A DNA stretch of 51,928 bases from a virus (IMGVR_UViG_3300031867_000014:64001-115928), one strand, 5' to 3'. Positions 1 to 13,571 are shown, counted from the first letter of the stretch. Notes: generated from the letters alone by a model not told the origin. Made by a program: numbers and translations.

Positions 1-141
1 AGTGGCAAAATAAAGAGCACCATCTTGAATAGTTTTACGCTCTTTAATTTTACTTTCTGGACCTTTAAATAATTGAAGTGGAGATTGACCGTCAATTACA
101 GTTCTTTCAACGCCATTATAAATCATACGAGCGTCAGCCAT
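1..141 (-). CDS. 5' part of a tail fibre/appendage-type protein (runs off window)
   Basis: ATG at 141 after GAAGGAGGAG RBS. Translates MADARMIYNGVERTVIDGQSPLQLFKGPESKIKERKTIQDGALYFAT, sharing an FK.G...G.LYF.T motif with the neighbouring fibre-like genes. Confidence 0.7.
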   Translation of the reverse strand, partial: MADARMIYNGVERTVIDGQSPLQLFKGPESKIKERKTIQDGALYFAT

Positions 142-161
142 TTACTTAACTCCTCCTTCTC

Positions 162-203
162 AAAAAAATAAACTGGCAATATTATTGTAAATATTGCCAG
201 TTT
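162..203 (-). terminator. Rho-independent terminator
   Basis: AAACTGGCAATAT...ATATTGCCAGTTT inverted repeat followed by a T-tract on the minus strand, just after the stop at 211. Confidence 0.75.
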
Positions 204-210
204 GTATAAA

Positions 211-1779
211 TTAAAATTCTACCCAAGTTAATTGATTAACTACAGTAGTCATGCTTGTCTGTAATGAAGAAATATCCCCTTCGGCATCGCCTAAACGAGT
301 GCCTAAACCATCAATGCGACCGCCAAGAGCAGTATCGGCTGCAGCGCGTGCATCAGCTTCTTGCTTTACTGCATATGCAATAGAACCTTCTGTTGAGTCA
401 GATCCTTGAATAATATCTAACTTGCCTTCGGCTGTTGTCATACGAGTTTGCAATGCGCTAATATCACTATTTGCTGCACTAATATCAGCATTTACAGAAG
501 TTAATGCTGATGCAATTTTTTGATCAACAGAACCAGTAACATCCGCATTACCATCAAGACGAGTAATAGCTGCTTCTAAAGTATCAATATCGCTTTCAGC
601 TGTAGTTACACGACCAGTTAACGCGGTTGCTGCGCTTTCAATAGTAGTCGCGCGCGCTTTTAATGCTTCAATAGCGGCAGTATTATCACTGATATTGGCC
701 TGCATAGTAAGAGCATCATCACTATTTTCACCAATCCAGTCTGCAATTTCTTTTAATGTGTCAAATGCTTCTGGTGCTTCAGCAACAACAGTGGCAATAC
801 GATCATTAACTGTTTTAATAACAGAACCTTCACCATTACCATTTAAAGTTGAAATTGCATTTTCATTAGCGGCAACACGTGCTTCTAAACCAGTAGAACC
901 ACTACCAACTACACGCTGTAAAGCCGCAATATCAGTAGCATTTTGACTAATATCTGCTTCGTCATTTCCAAGTCGGTCTTGTAATGCCGTAATATCACTA
1001 GCATTTGCGGCATCACCGGCGCTACGTAAAGCAGCTTCATCAGCGACCGCTTTTGCCACAGAACCATCAGTATTAGCATCACCATTTAAAGTATTAATAG
1101 CACTAGTATGACTACTTACAGTGGTTGTTAAAGTGCCAACAGCGCTAGATAAATCACTAATGTCCTGTTCATTGGTTGCAACACGAGTTTTAAGCCCTAA
1201 AAGATCTTCAATTGCATCTTCTAATGCGCCGAGAGTTGTATAAGTAGATGCATCGCCCAATAAAGCATCACGTGCATCATTAACAGCTTTAGTAATAGAC
1301 CCAACACCATTGCCATTAATAGTCGCCAATGAATTTGTATGCGCAGCAACGGTAGCTGCCAAATCAGACAGATCCTGAGAAGTAGCAACAGTTTGTTTAG
1401 TAACAACTAAAGTTAATTCACCATTCGCTGCAACAGAAGTTGTAATAGCAGAAACAACATTTGCACCAACTTCATTATTAGGATCGTCACTTACACGAAC
1501 AATGCCAGCTTTATTAATTTGGACCCAGCGAGTATTTGTAGCGTCCCAACGGGCCAAAATATTATTTTCTTTTACATAATAAACTGCGGTTTCATAAGCA
1601 TGGCCGGCAACAGGCAAATCATTGATAGTATTAACTGGAATAAAATCACCCAAACGGACACGTTTATTACCAGTATCAACATACATTGCGCCTTCATCAG
1701 TGGTAATATAAATAGTACCATCAGTACGTTCGACAGGAAGCTATGCTAATAGACCACGTTTAAAATTTACACTTGCCAT
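211..1779 (-). CDS. Coiled-coil tail fibre-like protein, 522 aa with TAG=Gln
   Basis: The ORF extends through one TAG (1741-1743) to ATG 1779 with a GGAGG RBS (MASVNFKRGLLA[Q]LPVERTDGTIYITTD). Repeated LNG...GSV.K units, heptad character and an APEAFDTLKEIADWI motif. Confidence 0.75.
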
Positions 1780-1800
1780 AAAATTCGCCTCCTATTATCG

Positions 1801-2856
1801 TTATTCAGCAATTGCTGACCATTCAAGATTATGATGTTCGAGCATATAAGTTACATACTCTTCAACACTTGTATATGTATTATTCTCTGGATCAGTATAA
1901 ATGGTCTGGCCACCAGACGTATTTACATTTACCCAATTACCAAGAGCATTCATGAACAAATTAGCTTTTGCCGCATTATCTAAATTACCGGTAGCAACTG
2001 GCACTAAACCAGCAACTGAACCATTAAATAATGGGATAATATCCGCGGCATGATTTATTAAATCATCATAGATACCAGTTGCTGGGACAGGTACTAAAAC
2101 TGGTTCTCCAGTTTCAGGATCGGTGTCTTCTCTGGTTGTAGCAGCATGACCAATCAATGCTTCTAAATCACCAACAGCATCATTTAGATCTTGCGTGGTA
2201 ACATAATTACTAAGATCAAATTCGCCGCCCAAACGTACCCATGCAGTACCATTCCAAGCATATTCATCAGTACCAACTTGATATACATCACCATTAGCTG
2301 GTGAAGAAATTGCCTCTAACGCCTCAAGATCGGCCACTACGCCTTTAAAATGGAAAGCACCATTTAAAGCATTAATAGTGGTTTCTAAATCAGAAACACG
2401 ATTAACAATACCGGGAATTGCAGGAATATCATTTTCCACATCTGCGGGAGTACCGTATAATAAAGACTCTAAATCACCGACACTGTCCTCTACTGTATCA
2501 AGACGAGTATCAAGCGCTGCAATAGTAGAACTTTCAGCGCGACTGTTTAACTGTATCCATGCATTATTTGAATAAATAAAAGTATCTACAGTATTATCAA
2601 GATTAGTAATAATTACTAAATCATTAGCTACTGCAGTATTTTCACCTAATAAACGAGCGATACATATATTATCAGTCTCTTCCGCCAAGCGAGTTCCACT
2701 ATATACATGAGCCTGTCCAAATGGCACAGAACCACGATATAATTCACCAGTATCTGTTAAGAAATAAAGCGCATTCTCTAATTTAGAAGCTAAAGAATCA
2801 TATTGTGCGCGAGTACCAAATTTAAAAATTACTTTTGCATTTGTATTTGCTGGCAT
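1801..2856 (-). CDS. Tail fibre/appendage-associated protein, 351 aa
   Basis: Intact ORF with no TAG. N-terminal FKFGT...ALYFLTD motif and FKG.V...GDVYQV...EYAWNG..W..LGG module typical of phage fibre proteins. Confidence 0.65.
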   Translation of the reverse strand: MPANTNAKVIFKFGTRAQYDSLASKLENALYFLTDTGELYRGSVPFGQAHVYSGTRLAEETDNICIARLLGENTAVANDLVIITNLDNTVDTFIYSNNAWIQLNSRAESSTIAALDTRLDTVEDSVGDLESLLYGTPADVENDIPAIPGIVNRVSDLETTINALNGAFHFKGVVADLEALEAISSPANGDVYQVGTDEYAWNGTAWVRLGGEFDLSNYVTTQDLNDAVGDLEALIGHAATTREDTDPETGEPVLVPVPATGIYDDLINHAADIIPLFNGSVAGLVPVATGNLDNAAKANLFMNALGNWVNVNTSGGQTIYTDPENNTYTSVEEYVTYMLEHHNLEWSAIAE

Positions 2857-2895
2857 TATAATTCACTTCACTTTCTAACAGTTATCCTGTCTTTT

Positions 2896-2936
2896 AATAT
2901 CAAAAATCAACTTAGCCTATTAATAGAATTAGCCCA
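2896..2936 (-). promoter_or_regulatory. Candidate phage late-promoter motif, copy 1
   Basis: TGGG-N10-TAATAG-N9-ATTTTT-N-AT-N-TT, with the same spacing as the copy at 20650-20690. Both lie at or just after a hairpin and before a gene. Confidence 0.45.
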
Positions 2937-2955
2937 GATAAAATATCTGGGCTAA
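2929..2955 (-). terminator. Intergenic hairpin (terminator-like)
   Basis: TTAGCCCAGATA-AAA-TATCTGGGCTAA perfect 12-bp inverted repeat just after the TAA at 2960. The T-tract is weak. Confidence 0.55.
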
Positions 2956-2959
2956 AACA

Positions 2960-5152
2960 TTATTCTCCATCAGGTTCTTCAATAGTAATCTATAAAGTAT
3001 TACTCCAAGTCTCTGCATTATCATCACCATGCGTGCGTATTGCTTGAGCTCGATATGCTCCAGATTCAGTTACTTGATAAGAACCACTTATATTTTCTGC
3101 AATCAATGTATTATCTTTATACAAATTAATAACCACTTCATTGGTTGCGGTTCCAGGGCCACTAACTGTGATTAAAATCACATCAGTAGTTTCAGCTCTT
3201 AAAGAAAGTTCCACAGTCGGAATATTTAAAGTAATGGAATAATTTTCTTTAAGATCAGCAACCGCTGCAGCAATAGCAGCAGCAATATCAGTAGATAACA
3301 TATAATTATTTAAAGTAGTTTGCTGTACATAATTACTTAAGCCAAGCGTTTCTGCTAAACGATTAGTTGGTGTATAATCTGCAAATTTTGCATCAACTGC
3401 AGCAATTGCATTACGGGCGGCTTCAGTTGCTGAATTAGTGGCCCAATTAGTATTTAATCCACTAATTGCATTATCAGTATATGTATTAGCATTATCTTCA
3501 CAATCATCTGCATATGCCTTTGCCGTAGTTTCACAACCATCAGCATAAGTCTTACATGTGGTTTCACAAGTATCTGTATAATTATTAGCACTTGTTAAAG
3601 CGGCATCAATAGCACTAGCAACATCTGTAGCATTATTGGCTAATGTGCCAATCGCCGCATTGGTATATGCATTAGCATTAGATTCAGCCGTATTTGCTTT
3701 TGAAGTTGCATCCGCTGCAGCCGCAGATTGAACTGCCTCATCTGCCGCGGAGCGTGCACTTGCTTCTTGAGCAACAGCATAAGCAAATGAACCAGGAGTA
3801 GTTGCATTATTATTAATTAAATCAATTGCATCTTGAAGCGCACTATCTGCATTACTGCGCACTTGTGCTTCTGCACTAACAGCTGTTTCAATCGCGCTAT
3901 TACGATCAGTAATTTCCTTAGTAATGGCTGTACCACGATCAGTAACTTCTTTTGCAATTTGCTTTTCTAATTTACTTAATGCTGTATTTAAACTATCAGA
4001 TGCATTAATAGCACTAGCTGAAGAATTATTTTCATAACCAGTTAAAGCTAATGCACCAATATAATTAAATGTACGAGTTAATGCTCCGGTGCTCGCAGTT
4101 AATGATAAATCAGTTAATACATTACCAGTATTATTTGCAGTAGTCGAAATACTTGGTAAAGGAATTTTTACTGTGTGTGTACTGGAACTCACAATATGGC
4201 CAGCGGTATCATACTTTAAATTTGGTACTGTAAATGTAGCACCAAAATTAGGCGTTTTATTGGTAGTAGTATCTTCCACATCAGCTTCATGCATTTGCCA
4301 GTGGCCGAATGTAATTACTTTATTAGTAGTATCAACAGAAGAACGTAACCATTTATTACCAATTTTAAAACTAATTTTATCAACTAAGGAACTAGCTGTT
4401 ACATCAGTAGCCGTACTATTGTTAGTCACTGTAGATGTATCAGTAACTGGAGCAGCTAAGGTAATTGTTTTATAATTATCTGGCAAAGTAATAGTTTCCG
4501 TATTTTTACTACGAATATGCCCAGCCTCATCATACGTAAATGTATCAATGGCAAAAGTGCCTGTATCACTATTATAATCAATCGCGCTTGTAGTCGTATT
4601 AATCGTTTGTACCAAGTGCGCAAATTCAATTTTATCACTCGCTGCGGTGCTTTTTAATTTTAACCATTTATTCGCTGGGGCTAATGTAACAGTACCTGCA
4701 TTATTATTTGCAACGGTGTCACCATTACCCGTCACAGTTAAATCAGTGACTGCAGTACTTGTTGTGGTTACTTTAATTGTTTTAAACGCGCGCAATGCAG
4801 TAATACGATCATCAACTGTATCAGTTTTATTGTTTAAAACACCAGCAATGGCGGCTAATGACGCTAAAGAATAACCCTCTAAAGTAGTAGGATTAGTTCC
4901 ATAAATATCACGGAAAACCTAATCGATAAATTCAAATTTATCAGTTACTCGTTCATTTTCATCTTGACCAAGCTATATATCTTTAGCATGGACTAAAGGG
5001 AAAGTCTGGCCATTCTTTTGTGTAATACCAGAAATTAATAGCATAGTGCCTTCATAAGTACGGGGCTTTGCGCCATCAATTCCTTGCAATTTAGTATAGT
5101 CATAAGAATTACTATATAAATCTTTATTTTTAAAATTTTCTAACGTAGCCAT
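2960..5152 (-). CDS. Tail fibre-like structural protein, 730 aa with TAG=Gln
   Basis: ATG 5152 with GGGAGGGG RBS. In-frame TAGs at 4973, 4919 and 2990; ends TAA 2960. Duplicated NKWL...YD.AGHI module and A..YTD/YAD coiled-coil repeats. Confidence 0.7.
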
Positions 5153-5166
5153 TTATTTCCCCTCCC

Positions 5167-7641
5167 TTACGATACCGTTACTGTTGTTGTACCGAGATTG
5201 GGCTTAGTACTACGCCAGACAGTATAAGTATTAGTACCATTAGCATTATTAAATGTATTTTTAAAACTAATATTACCTAAATTATCAAAACCGCCTTCGA
5301 GTCCTCCAACCTTAAATACAGGAGTAATAGAACTTGGACAAATATAATACATATATTCTCCAGCTCCAGGAGACATACTAGTTGGTGATACTTTACCAGT
5401 TGCTAATTTATCGCCACGATTTTTAGTTAACACATTAACTAATTTAGTATAAGTATTAAAATCGGCTGCTTCATGAGCCGTACTAACACCCCAATAAGTG
5501 CGCCAAGCATATGTTAAAGTTTTAGAACTACTTACAGACTTATTGCGCTCATCAATTACTGTTAACGTCCATTTTGGCGCGGTATCATTAGATGAAGTAG
5601 TTACCTTATCAGTGACAGTATTTGTAGCTGATGCTAAATAATCTGCACGATTAGTTACATAATAATTAGGATTAATATTAGTATTATTGATTAAAGTAGC
5701 TGTACCAGGAGCCGTGCGTTTTAAAGTTAAAGATTTACGCGGACCTTTATTTAAGGTATACTTCAAAGTGGCCAAAAATTCTGTGGCTCCATATTCAACT
5801 AATGTACCTGCCGCAGAAGTTTCTGCTCCATTAGTTGTACTCGCCACTGGTACTGTTACTGTAAATGTAGGGATCGTCTATTCCTCATATTGCAAATCTG
5901 CCATTTCTTCTTGCATTTTATTAATCGCTTGTCCTAATGTATCAGTTGCTACCACGCCGTGTAAACAACTATTACCATAATAATTGTTTTGAGTTACGAA
6001 ATCTAAATTTAAACCTGTCAATTCATAACTTTGTGGTAAACGCCAAGTGCCACCACCATCTAATAAATAATCATCACCATTAGTAGAATTAACAGTCGTA
6101 TATGGAAATGCTGTATCAGTAGTAGCAATCACGCCTTGATTTGTAGTAGCCATTAATTTATTTTTAGCAAGAGAAGTAGAAATATTCCGTAACACGTCAT
6201 CAATACGACCGATCATACCTGCCACTGTATTAGTATCTCTTGGATTAGTTACTCCAGTTCCTAGAGCACGATGTAAAGCTACTAACATACCATAAAGACC
6301 TTCTTCTGGTGTTTCAAGCTTTACGCGTTTATAAGTATAACTACTAATTGTATAACGTTCTGCAGCAGGAATAATAGTAGTATCAGTGTTGGCTACACGA
6401 TACGTAGAACCGTCTTTATAATAAATACCAGTATTACTCTAAGTAAAGACTGGCGTTTTTGCATAATAATATACCGCAGTTACTTTACCATTTGTACCAA
6501 CAAAATATAACTTATTATCAGCCGCAGGTTGAGTGGGTGCTGGTGCCGCACTTACATAATCAAATGAGTAACCCAGAATATCACGAGTACGATTAATTGC
6601 GCCAACTAAAGTAGTATAATTATATTCTTTGGAATCACTTAATTTAGTTTTAATCCAGTCCTTTGTCACACGTGCTCCACCAGTAAAACCATAAATTTTA
6701 TCATATAAATCATGTACGGCATTACCAATAGCAGGGAAATTAATAGACCAAAGTCTAATATCATCAGCAACTGCAAAATTACCTGACAATGTAGTATTAT
6801 AATGACGACCAGTATGATCAGTGGTATAAGTAATTTCATTATTTTCATCAAGCGTGGTTTGGTGAACAGTAGGATCAAAACCAAGTTTATTAAAATTAAT
6901 AGCGACCGGTTGCGCCTCTGCATCTAAAGTATAAGTATGAGTCTTTTCAGTACCATCAGCATTATATGTGTACTTCTCTGTATACTGTTTAATAGATACA
7001 TCGCCATTTTCATCTGCGGCAAATTTATCTTGCCAATGACCTGGCATATGAATATAATAATTCAAATTAGTACTATCACTTGTGTCAATAGAAGGAGAAG
7101 TAGAAAATTCACTTGGAGCATCTACTACTGTTGAAAAAGTTGGTACCGCTGCATTTAATTCAGCTAACATAACATACTAATACTTATTAGACGTAGTATT
7201 AAATGTCTTACGCCAAACGGTACCATCATATCCACGGCCATATGTAGTTACATCTAAATTATAGTTAACACTATATGGTGTTTCGTCTGCTGTCAAACGA
7301 GTAAAGCCATTAGTAGAAGTATATCTATAGAAATCAATTAGATATATATTGCTTTCACCACGTTCAGTACGATTAGCAAGACTATTTTCATCTCGATATA
7401 ATGCATTATTAATACGCTGAACTTGTTTTTCAGGATCTAATTCAGGAGTGGCATAAAAACGACCGCCAGAATACCAGCCACTAATAGGTACGTCATCATA
7501 TTCTACTAATACAAAACGACCTAAAAATACATTATCAGTACCCGCGGTTAATGCTTCATCCATTGCTCGACGAGAAGTATAAACACGGTCAAACGTGAAA
7601 GCAGATTTATTAGAGCCAGATATATTGCCATAAAAACCCAT
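5167..7641 (-). CDS. Phage structural (tail/baseplate) protein, 824 aa with TAG=Gln
   Basis: Four ORF fragments (7177, 6439, 5878, 5167) in one frame, separated only by TAG. Starts MGFYGNI and ends TAA. Confidence 0.75.
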
Positions 7642-7643
7642 GT

Positions 7644-7961
7644 TTAACCCTCCTCATCATAAATATAATCAATAATTAAACTCGTTTTATAAGTTCCAAT
7701 CTGTTGCAAAGAATTTTTTGCAACCATCAATGAGGTAATTGTCGCCAATCCATCAATATTTAATTCATAAATACCAGTTGCGCCAATTACCAATGGAGTT
7801 TCACTATTATTGATCAAAATACGCGTGCCAGGCAAAGCCTAAACGCCGAGCTAAACAATCGGATATTTAAAAGCATCGCCAGTAGCCAAACTATTAAGAG
7901 AATGTGTATTGGCCGGCATATTTTCACCAAAATAACGAACCTAAGACACCTTTTTCGCCAT
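7644..7961 (-). CDS. Small phage tail-module protein, 105 aa
   Basis: ATG 7961 after AAGGAGG. MAKKVS[Q]VRYFG...PIV[Q]LGV[Q]ALPGTRILIN...IGATGIYEL, with three TAGs read through. Confidence 0.75.
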
Positions 7962-7975
7962 TGCTCTTTTCCTCC

Positions 7976-10297
7976 TTACAATATACGCTGTTCAGCACGA
8001 GTGGCTTTAACAGACATTAATCCATCATGCGCTAATGAGTATGATAATGAATCAATTAGATAATCCCCATCAATACCAGTCGTTTCATCATACACTTTAA
8101 TGCGTGTATTTGGCTCTAAATAATACACTGGCATCGCACTTAGATTAATTGTATCATTATAATATGTGCCTTCATAAATGAGCTAATCTAAAACCTCTTT
8201 TGCAGATTTACCCTAAGAACTCATAGAAAAGTAATTAGCATAAACTGTAGGGATAGTCATTCGTGCATATTTTAAATCATTAGAATACTTCACAATATCT
8301 TCTTCAGGATTAATGAATAAAACATCGGGAGTATCTCTAACAAATATGGATTTTACAGTAGTATCATTAACTACCTTTGGTCGATGACCAATTTTTGATA
8401 TTGCATAATTACGAATACCTGCGGCATTTGGGTCTAAGAAATCAAACCAAAAAATTAAACCATCTGGATTATAAATCTCAACTTCATGCGTAACATATGA
8501 ATAACGGAAATAGTCTGGATTCCAATAGCCATTAGCTTGCCATAAAGCCCATTCTTTTTCTGAAAAAGTAGTTTTAGAATCTTCAAGAGCAATTCCATTA
8601 TCCATTTTAAGATTGCCCGAAGAATCATATTGATACTTTACATATGGCTAACGCTCAACACGGTATAACTATTCCCAAAAACCCAATAAATCGGTGTAAT
8701 AACGTGCATATCCATTTAACAATAATTTATTATAAATTAAAGTAATTTCAGTTTGATATTGTACTGCCTTTTCGCGCGCTTCAGCAGGCCAAACATAACT
8801 TGGATTATTTAGATCGGCGCTTATATCAGTAATAATACCACGTGCATCGAAACAATCTTTTGCCATTCGGAAAATTAATTGCCGCCAATCATATTGACCA
8901 TTTAATTCCGTAGAAAACCATTTAATAGGCTAATTAGTATACTTCTATGAATCAGGACGTGAATGCTCTTCACACCATTTATTATACCAAGGTTTATGAT
9001 TTTTGCACCAACGCCAAAATTCTGAAAAATAAGCAGTAGGTTTTATATCAATAGCACAACGTAAATGAATAGGCAATTCTTTGGAAACACCTTTCATAGC
9101 GCCCCAAATAGAATAATCATTTTTAATGGCAGATAAATTGGGTGAATTATTATATGATTCAATCAATTGTCCGCCTTCAAACACATAAGTATCCATTGAA
9201 GTATAAGCTGTACTATCATAATAAATTTCAGAACCATTATAACCATTATCTTCTGTAGAAACCTTTGCGTTTGACCATGAAGTATTATAATAAATTTTTT
9301 TACGTTGAAAGACAAAATGTCCATCAAGATCATAAAAATATTCAAAATCACCTAACATTGTTACAATTTTATCTAACATAGAAGTAATGGTTTCGCCTAC
9401 AGCTACAATTAAATCACCAGCATAGGTTAAATCAGTGGCTTTAAAACCAATAGTTTGTCCATAATCAGCACGTTTCAAAATTGTATATTGAATTTGTGTT
9501 TCGGGGTCAATAATTGTCAAACCGTCTCCACGATATACTCCATCCGAAGAATAAATGCTAATACCGGTTGTACTTACGCCTTCTTTAAATTTTGCGCCTA
9601 CATCACTATTTTCAAAACACATTTGAGTAATTGTCTAATCACCCATGTGAATATTATAAACATAAATAGGATTATTGCGTGCGCGATAAGCAATTAATTC
9701 TACACCACAAGTATCTAAATCGTTAATTATAATATTGCCATAAGGCTCCAACCCATATTCATGCACTGCTTCACGGATAATGGTTTTAATTGGAATGTCA
9801 GTTTTTTGATAACGATTGGTATTGGCAATCTATTCCCATAGACTACCAAAATCGTTCTCAGCAGTTACTGTACCGCTAATATCTCCATTGAGCATACTCA
9901 TTTTATCTTTCCCTTGTAATGAAATAGAATAGCCCTATTCATTCAAAGTCACGCTATATGAAGTTAATAAAAAAATACCCATTTTAAAATAAATAATATC
10001 ATCATAGTCATCATTAATCATATTTTTTAATCCAATATATAATTGAAATTTTGTGCGTAAAGCCCAATCAACATCAGACTATGAATATTTTTTATTGGTT
10101 GTTAAAGAGATATTACAAGTACGTCTCACTGATGATTTACCATCGATATTCACACTACCACTTGTGACAGAGCCAGTAATTTCAGCTACTGGCTCTTCAC
10201 TCATGGTTAATGAAATAATTTTTACATATACTTCACGTAAATGCATATGATCTAAAGCTTTAAGAAATTCTTTATCTAACATTACATCATGCATCAT
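7976..10297 (-). CDS. Putative tail-tip/baseplate hub-like protein, 773 aa with TAG=Gln
   Basis: Fragments 10079, 8945, 8669 and 8213 share a frame; TAA at 7976. Motifs GSVNIDGKSSVRRTC and YFYDLDGHFVFQ. Lies downstream of the tape measure gene. Confidence 0.7.
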
Positions 10298-13182
10298 GTT
10301 TTCATCGCCTCATCTTCACGTTTTGCCAATTCTTCTTGCAAAATGTTTAAATAAGCAATCTTGGCATTATTATAATTGGTAAAGCTTTTCTTAAACTATG
10401 CATCTGTTAAAGTACCATTAAAATGTTTATAACCAGCACCATCTTTATACTATTTCTCACTGGTGCCATACCAAGCTTTTTCATAATTAACATAATTCTT
10501 TTTTAGAGTTTTAAATTTTTGTTGATTATCAATACTAACTTTATCTAAATTAGATTCCATATCATAATTAATAATCTTTTGATATAAACCAAATTCTGCC
10601 ACAATGCCTTGGCCAATAATAATAGATGGATTGCCATCACTATCCACAGGAATATAATCTACATCTGTGATCGTTAGAGACCCCGTTACTGACAAATCAA
10701 GTAGATTATCTCGATATATAGGCTCTTGATCAGAATTATACCCCAACAATTGACGACCATAAATAACTGTTGGATTATATTCTGTAAATAATGATAATGT
10801 ATATTGATTATTCGTTGTGTCAATAGCCAAGTATACAAAATCATAATTTTTTAATTTCCGAGATAAGATTGTAGACCATGCCGGATAAGCAGTAATTAAC
10901 TCATCAGTTACTAAGACTTTATAAACAGAATCAGGGTCAAGAGCCAATGGCGCTTGATTAGTATTAGCATCATGCAAATATTTTTGCAAAGCATCTATTG
11001 AAATATCTAAATCTACTACAGGCGCCGCAGTAAAACGTACAAAATATAGACGTTCAATTTCATGTTTTAAATCATAATATGGCTCTAAAATATTGGCATT
11101 TGTAGTAGCATCTTCTAAGCGAGCACGACGAATATATGCAAATTTACGCGCCGATAATCCAGATACAATATCAAAAGAAGTAAAGCCTTTACTTTCAATA
11201 CCATACGTAATAGTTGGAGTAAAACCATAAGCCCAATTCATACGAATATTATCTTCATCAATTCTTAAAAAATGCACAGGAGTAGTTAAATATAATTCAT
11301 ACTATCCCGTAGAACCAATAATGATTTTTTGGCCTCCAATAGTCACATATGTGCCTGGCATAAAATCTTCAAGTTTAATATATACACCAGCTTCACCACG
11401 TAAGAAATCGTCTTCCCAAGGCGCATATTCTTCTAGATCTTGGCTCAACACAGTAGTCATAAATAAAGTTTGTATATTAGTATTTAATTCTAATGACAAG
11501 AAACCTTGATCAATCAAAGCATCTGTAGAATAATCCGCAATTTCATCTGCCGTGCATGAAAATGTATGAATCATGCGGGAAAGAGTATCATTGGGTGACA
11601 AAGAAACATTATTTAGACGTACTAAATAATTGCCTTCACTTGGTGATTTAAATAATTTAATATTATCTTGATTCAACCAATCTAAAACTGCCAATTTAAA
11701 ACGACGTTCATATGTAATATTGTCATCAGTAATCGCAGTTGTATCTTCCCAATCCATACTCATTCCTAACTCTTGAGTGCGTGATGCAAAATATTCATCT
11801 TGATCACTTAAATAACTAATTAAACCATTAATAGGAAATTCTTTATAATTAATTATACCGTTGCGGAAAAAATAAGGATATTTACTACCCAATGCAGTTT
11901 TTTTACTATCAGAAATTACTGATTTAAATGAACTAATTTTAGGGTCAAATCGAATGCGTAATTGACGTGTACCATCATATAAAAATGCATCTTCAAAAGA
12001 TACAGTAATTAAACTAGTATGATACCAGCCATCATATTCAGAATATGTAACATCACGGAATCTATCGGGACTAGTTTTACCTGAATTTTCGTAATAAACA
12101 TTACTGGTACTAATAGATGCTACAATCGCCGCAGTTTCATTTTTTAAACGCCAACGAGACATTGGCATCCAAGAACTATAAATATTATATGAATTTAATT
12201 GCCGAATTGCATATTTATAATGTTGTCCTTGCTCAACAGTAAAATCAGTAAAAATACGTCCTTCTGCGGGCAAATGACCATTGAGATTAAAACGACTAAT
12301 TGTTGTCCATACTCTAAAATTATCTAACTCTTCAGCACGACCAATTTCAAAAGTACCAACAATAATAGCTTCAGACAAATCTACGCGTGGTAATAAAGTT
12401 AAGATAACACATGCATTATCATAATCTAATTCGCCAACTAAATCAGCCTTTAATGAACTAGTCATAGTTGTTGTTTCTACTACTTCATATAAAGGACTAT
12501 GGCAATATAAATCATTATTAGTACGAACATAATAACGAAGATAATAAGTCGCCATAGTATCTAATGTATATTTTAATGTAAACTAATCAGTTTGTGTTAA
12601 TGTTGAAAGAATATCTCCATCATCATTTTGCATCACATCTTCAATGTTATTGCTAGCAATATGAGAGCACCAACCAGTTGTCTATAATTCTGTACTCTTG
12701 TCCGCAGCGAATAAAGTAAATTTATATTCATAAGCTCTTTCTGTCGGATCAGTTTCATTAATATATTCACCGATAATTACTTGCTATGCGGCATTAGGAG
12801 CATCCTCTACAAAATTTGCAATAGTCGCTAATGGACGACCAGTGTATTTAACAATACCTACTGTAGAATAATAACCAATGGCATTAGAGCCAGTTTCTAC
12901 ATAAGCAATTTGTACTTTATAATACTCGCCCACAAACATTTTAGATAATTGCGTGTCGCCAAGAGTAAAAATAATTTCATGCTCAGAGAATGTAACAGGA
13001 ATATCCGTTGGGCCAATTACCTCAAATAAAAAAGTTTCAGTCGCTGCTGACTTTACTCGAAGAGCAAAGCCAGCAACTTCTGAACTTTTAACAATTTTAT
13101 TCATACTATATGGAATGATTAATTCATTACCATAAAAGGAAGGTAATGTGCCCGATATATTAGGGGGATATAAGCGAGCCAT
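10294..13182 (-). CDS. Phage baseplate/distal-tail-type structural protein, 962 aa with TAG=Gln
   Basis: Fragments 12784, 11302 and 10450 share a frame. Ends in a TGA overlapping the next ATG (ATGA). Fn3/Ig-like segment (FTDFTVEQGQHYKYAI). Confidence 0.7.
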
Positions 13183-13184
13183 TA

Positions 13185-13571
13185 TTACGCCTCCTCGTCA
13201 ATAATTAACTCCAATCCTTCCAGCTGTGCCGGAGTCATTTCAAGATTTTCAATAAGACTAAGTGGGATCATGCGCAAATCACATTCACAAGTAAACTCAT
13301 TAAGAGCCTGACGTGCTTCTGCACACTCTTCTTGTTTACCATCTTTAATCTTAAACATATTTTCGCCCTGCTGAATAGGAGCGCCGTTCTCATCAAATTC
13401 CAAATATTCTAATGCAAATTTACGTTCTTGCTCAAGATAGAAATCAAATTCCTTTTGAAGCATCGCGCTATTCTTTGCTAAAATTAAACTAAGCTTGAAT
13501 GGTAACTTTTCATCCTTCAATGCATTAAGAACAGTTACCAAAGATTGTAATTGATTAAAATTAAGTGTCAT
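13185..13571 (-). CDS. Hypothetical phage protein, 128 aa (acidic, helical; possibly chaperone-like)
   Basis: Intact ORF with AAAGGAGAG RBS, no TAG, TAA stop. Confidence 0.7.
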   Translation of the reverse strand: MTLNFNQLQSLVTVLNALKDEKLPFKLSLILAKNSAMLQKEFDFYLEQERKFALEYLEFDENGAPIQQGENMFKIKDGKQEECAEARQALNEFTCECDLRMIPLSLIENLEMTPAQLEGLELIIDEEA

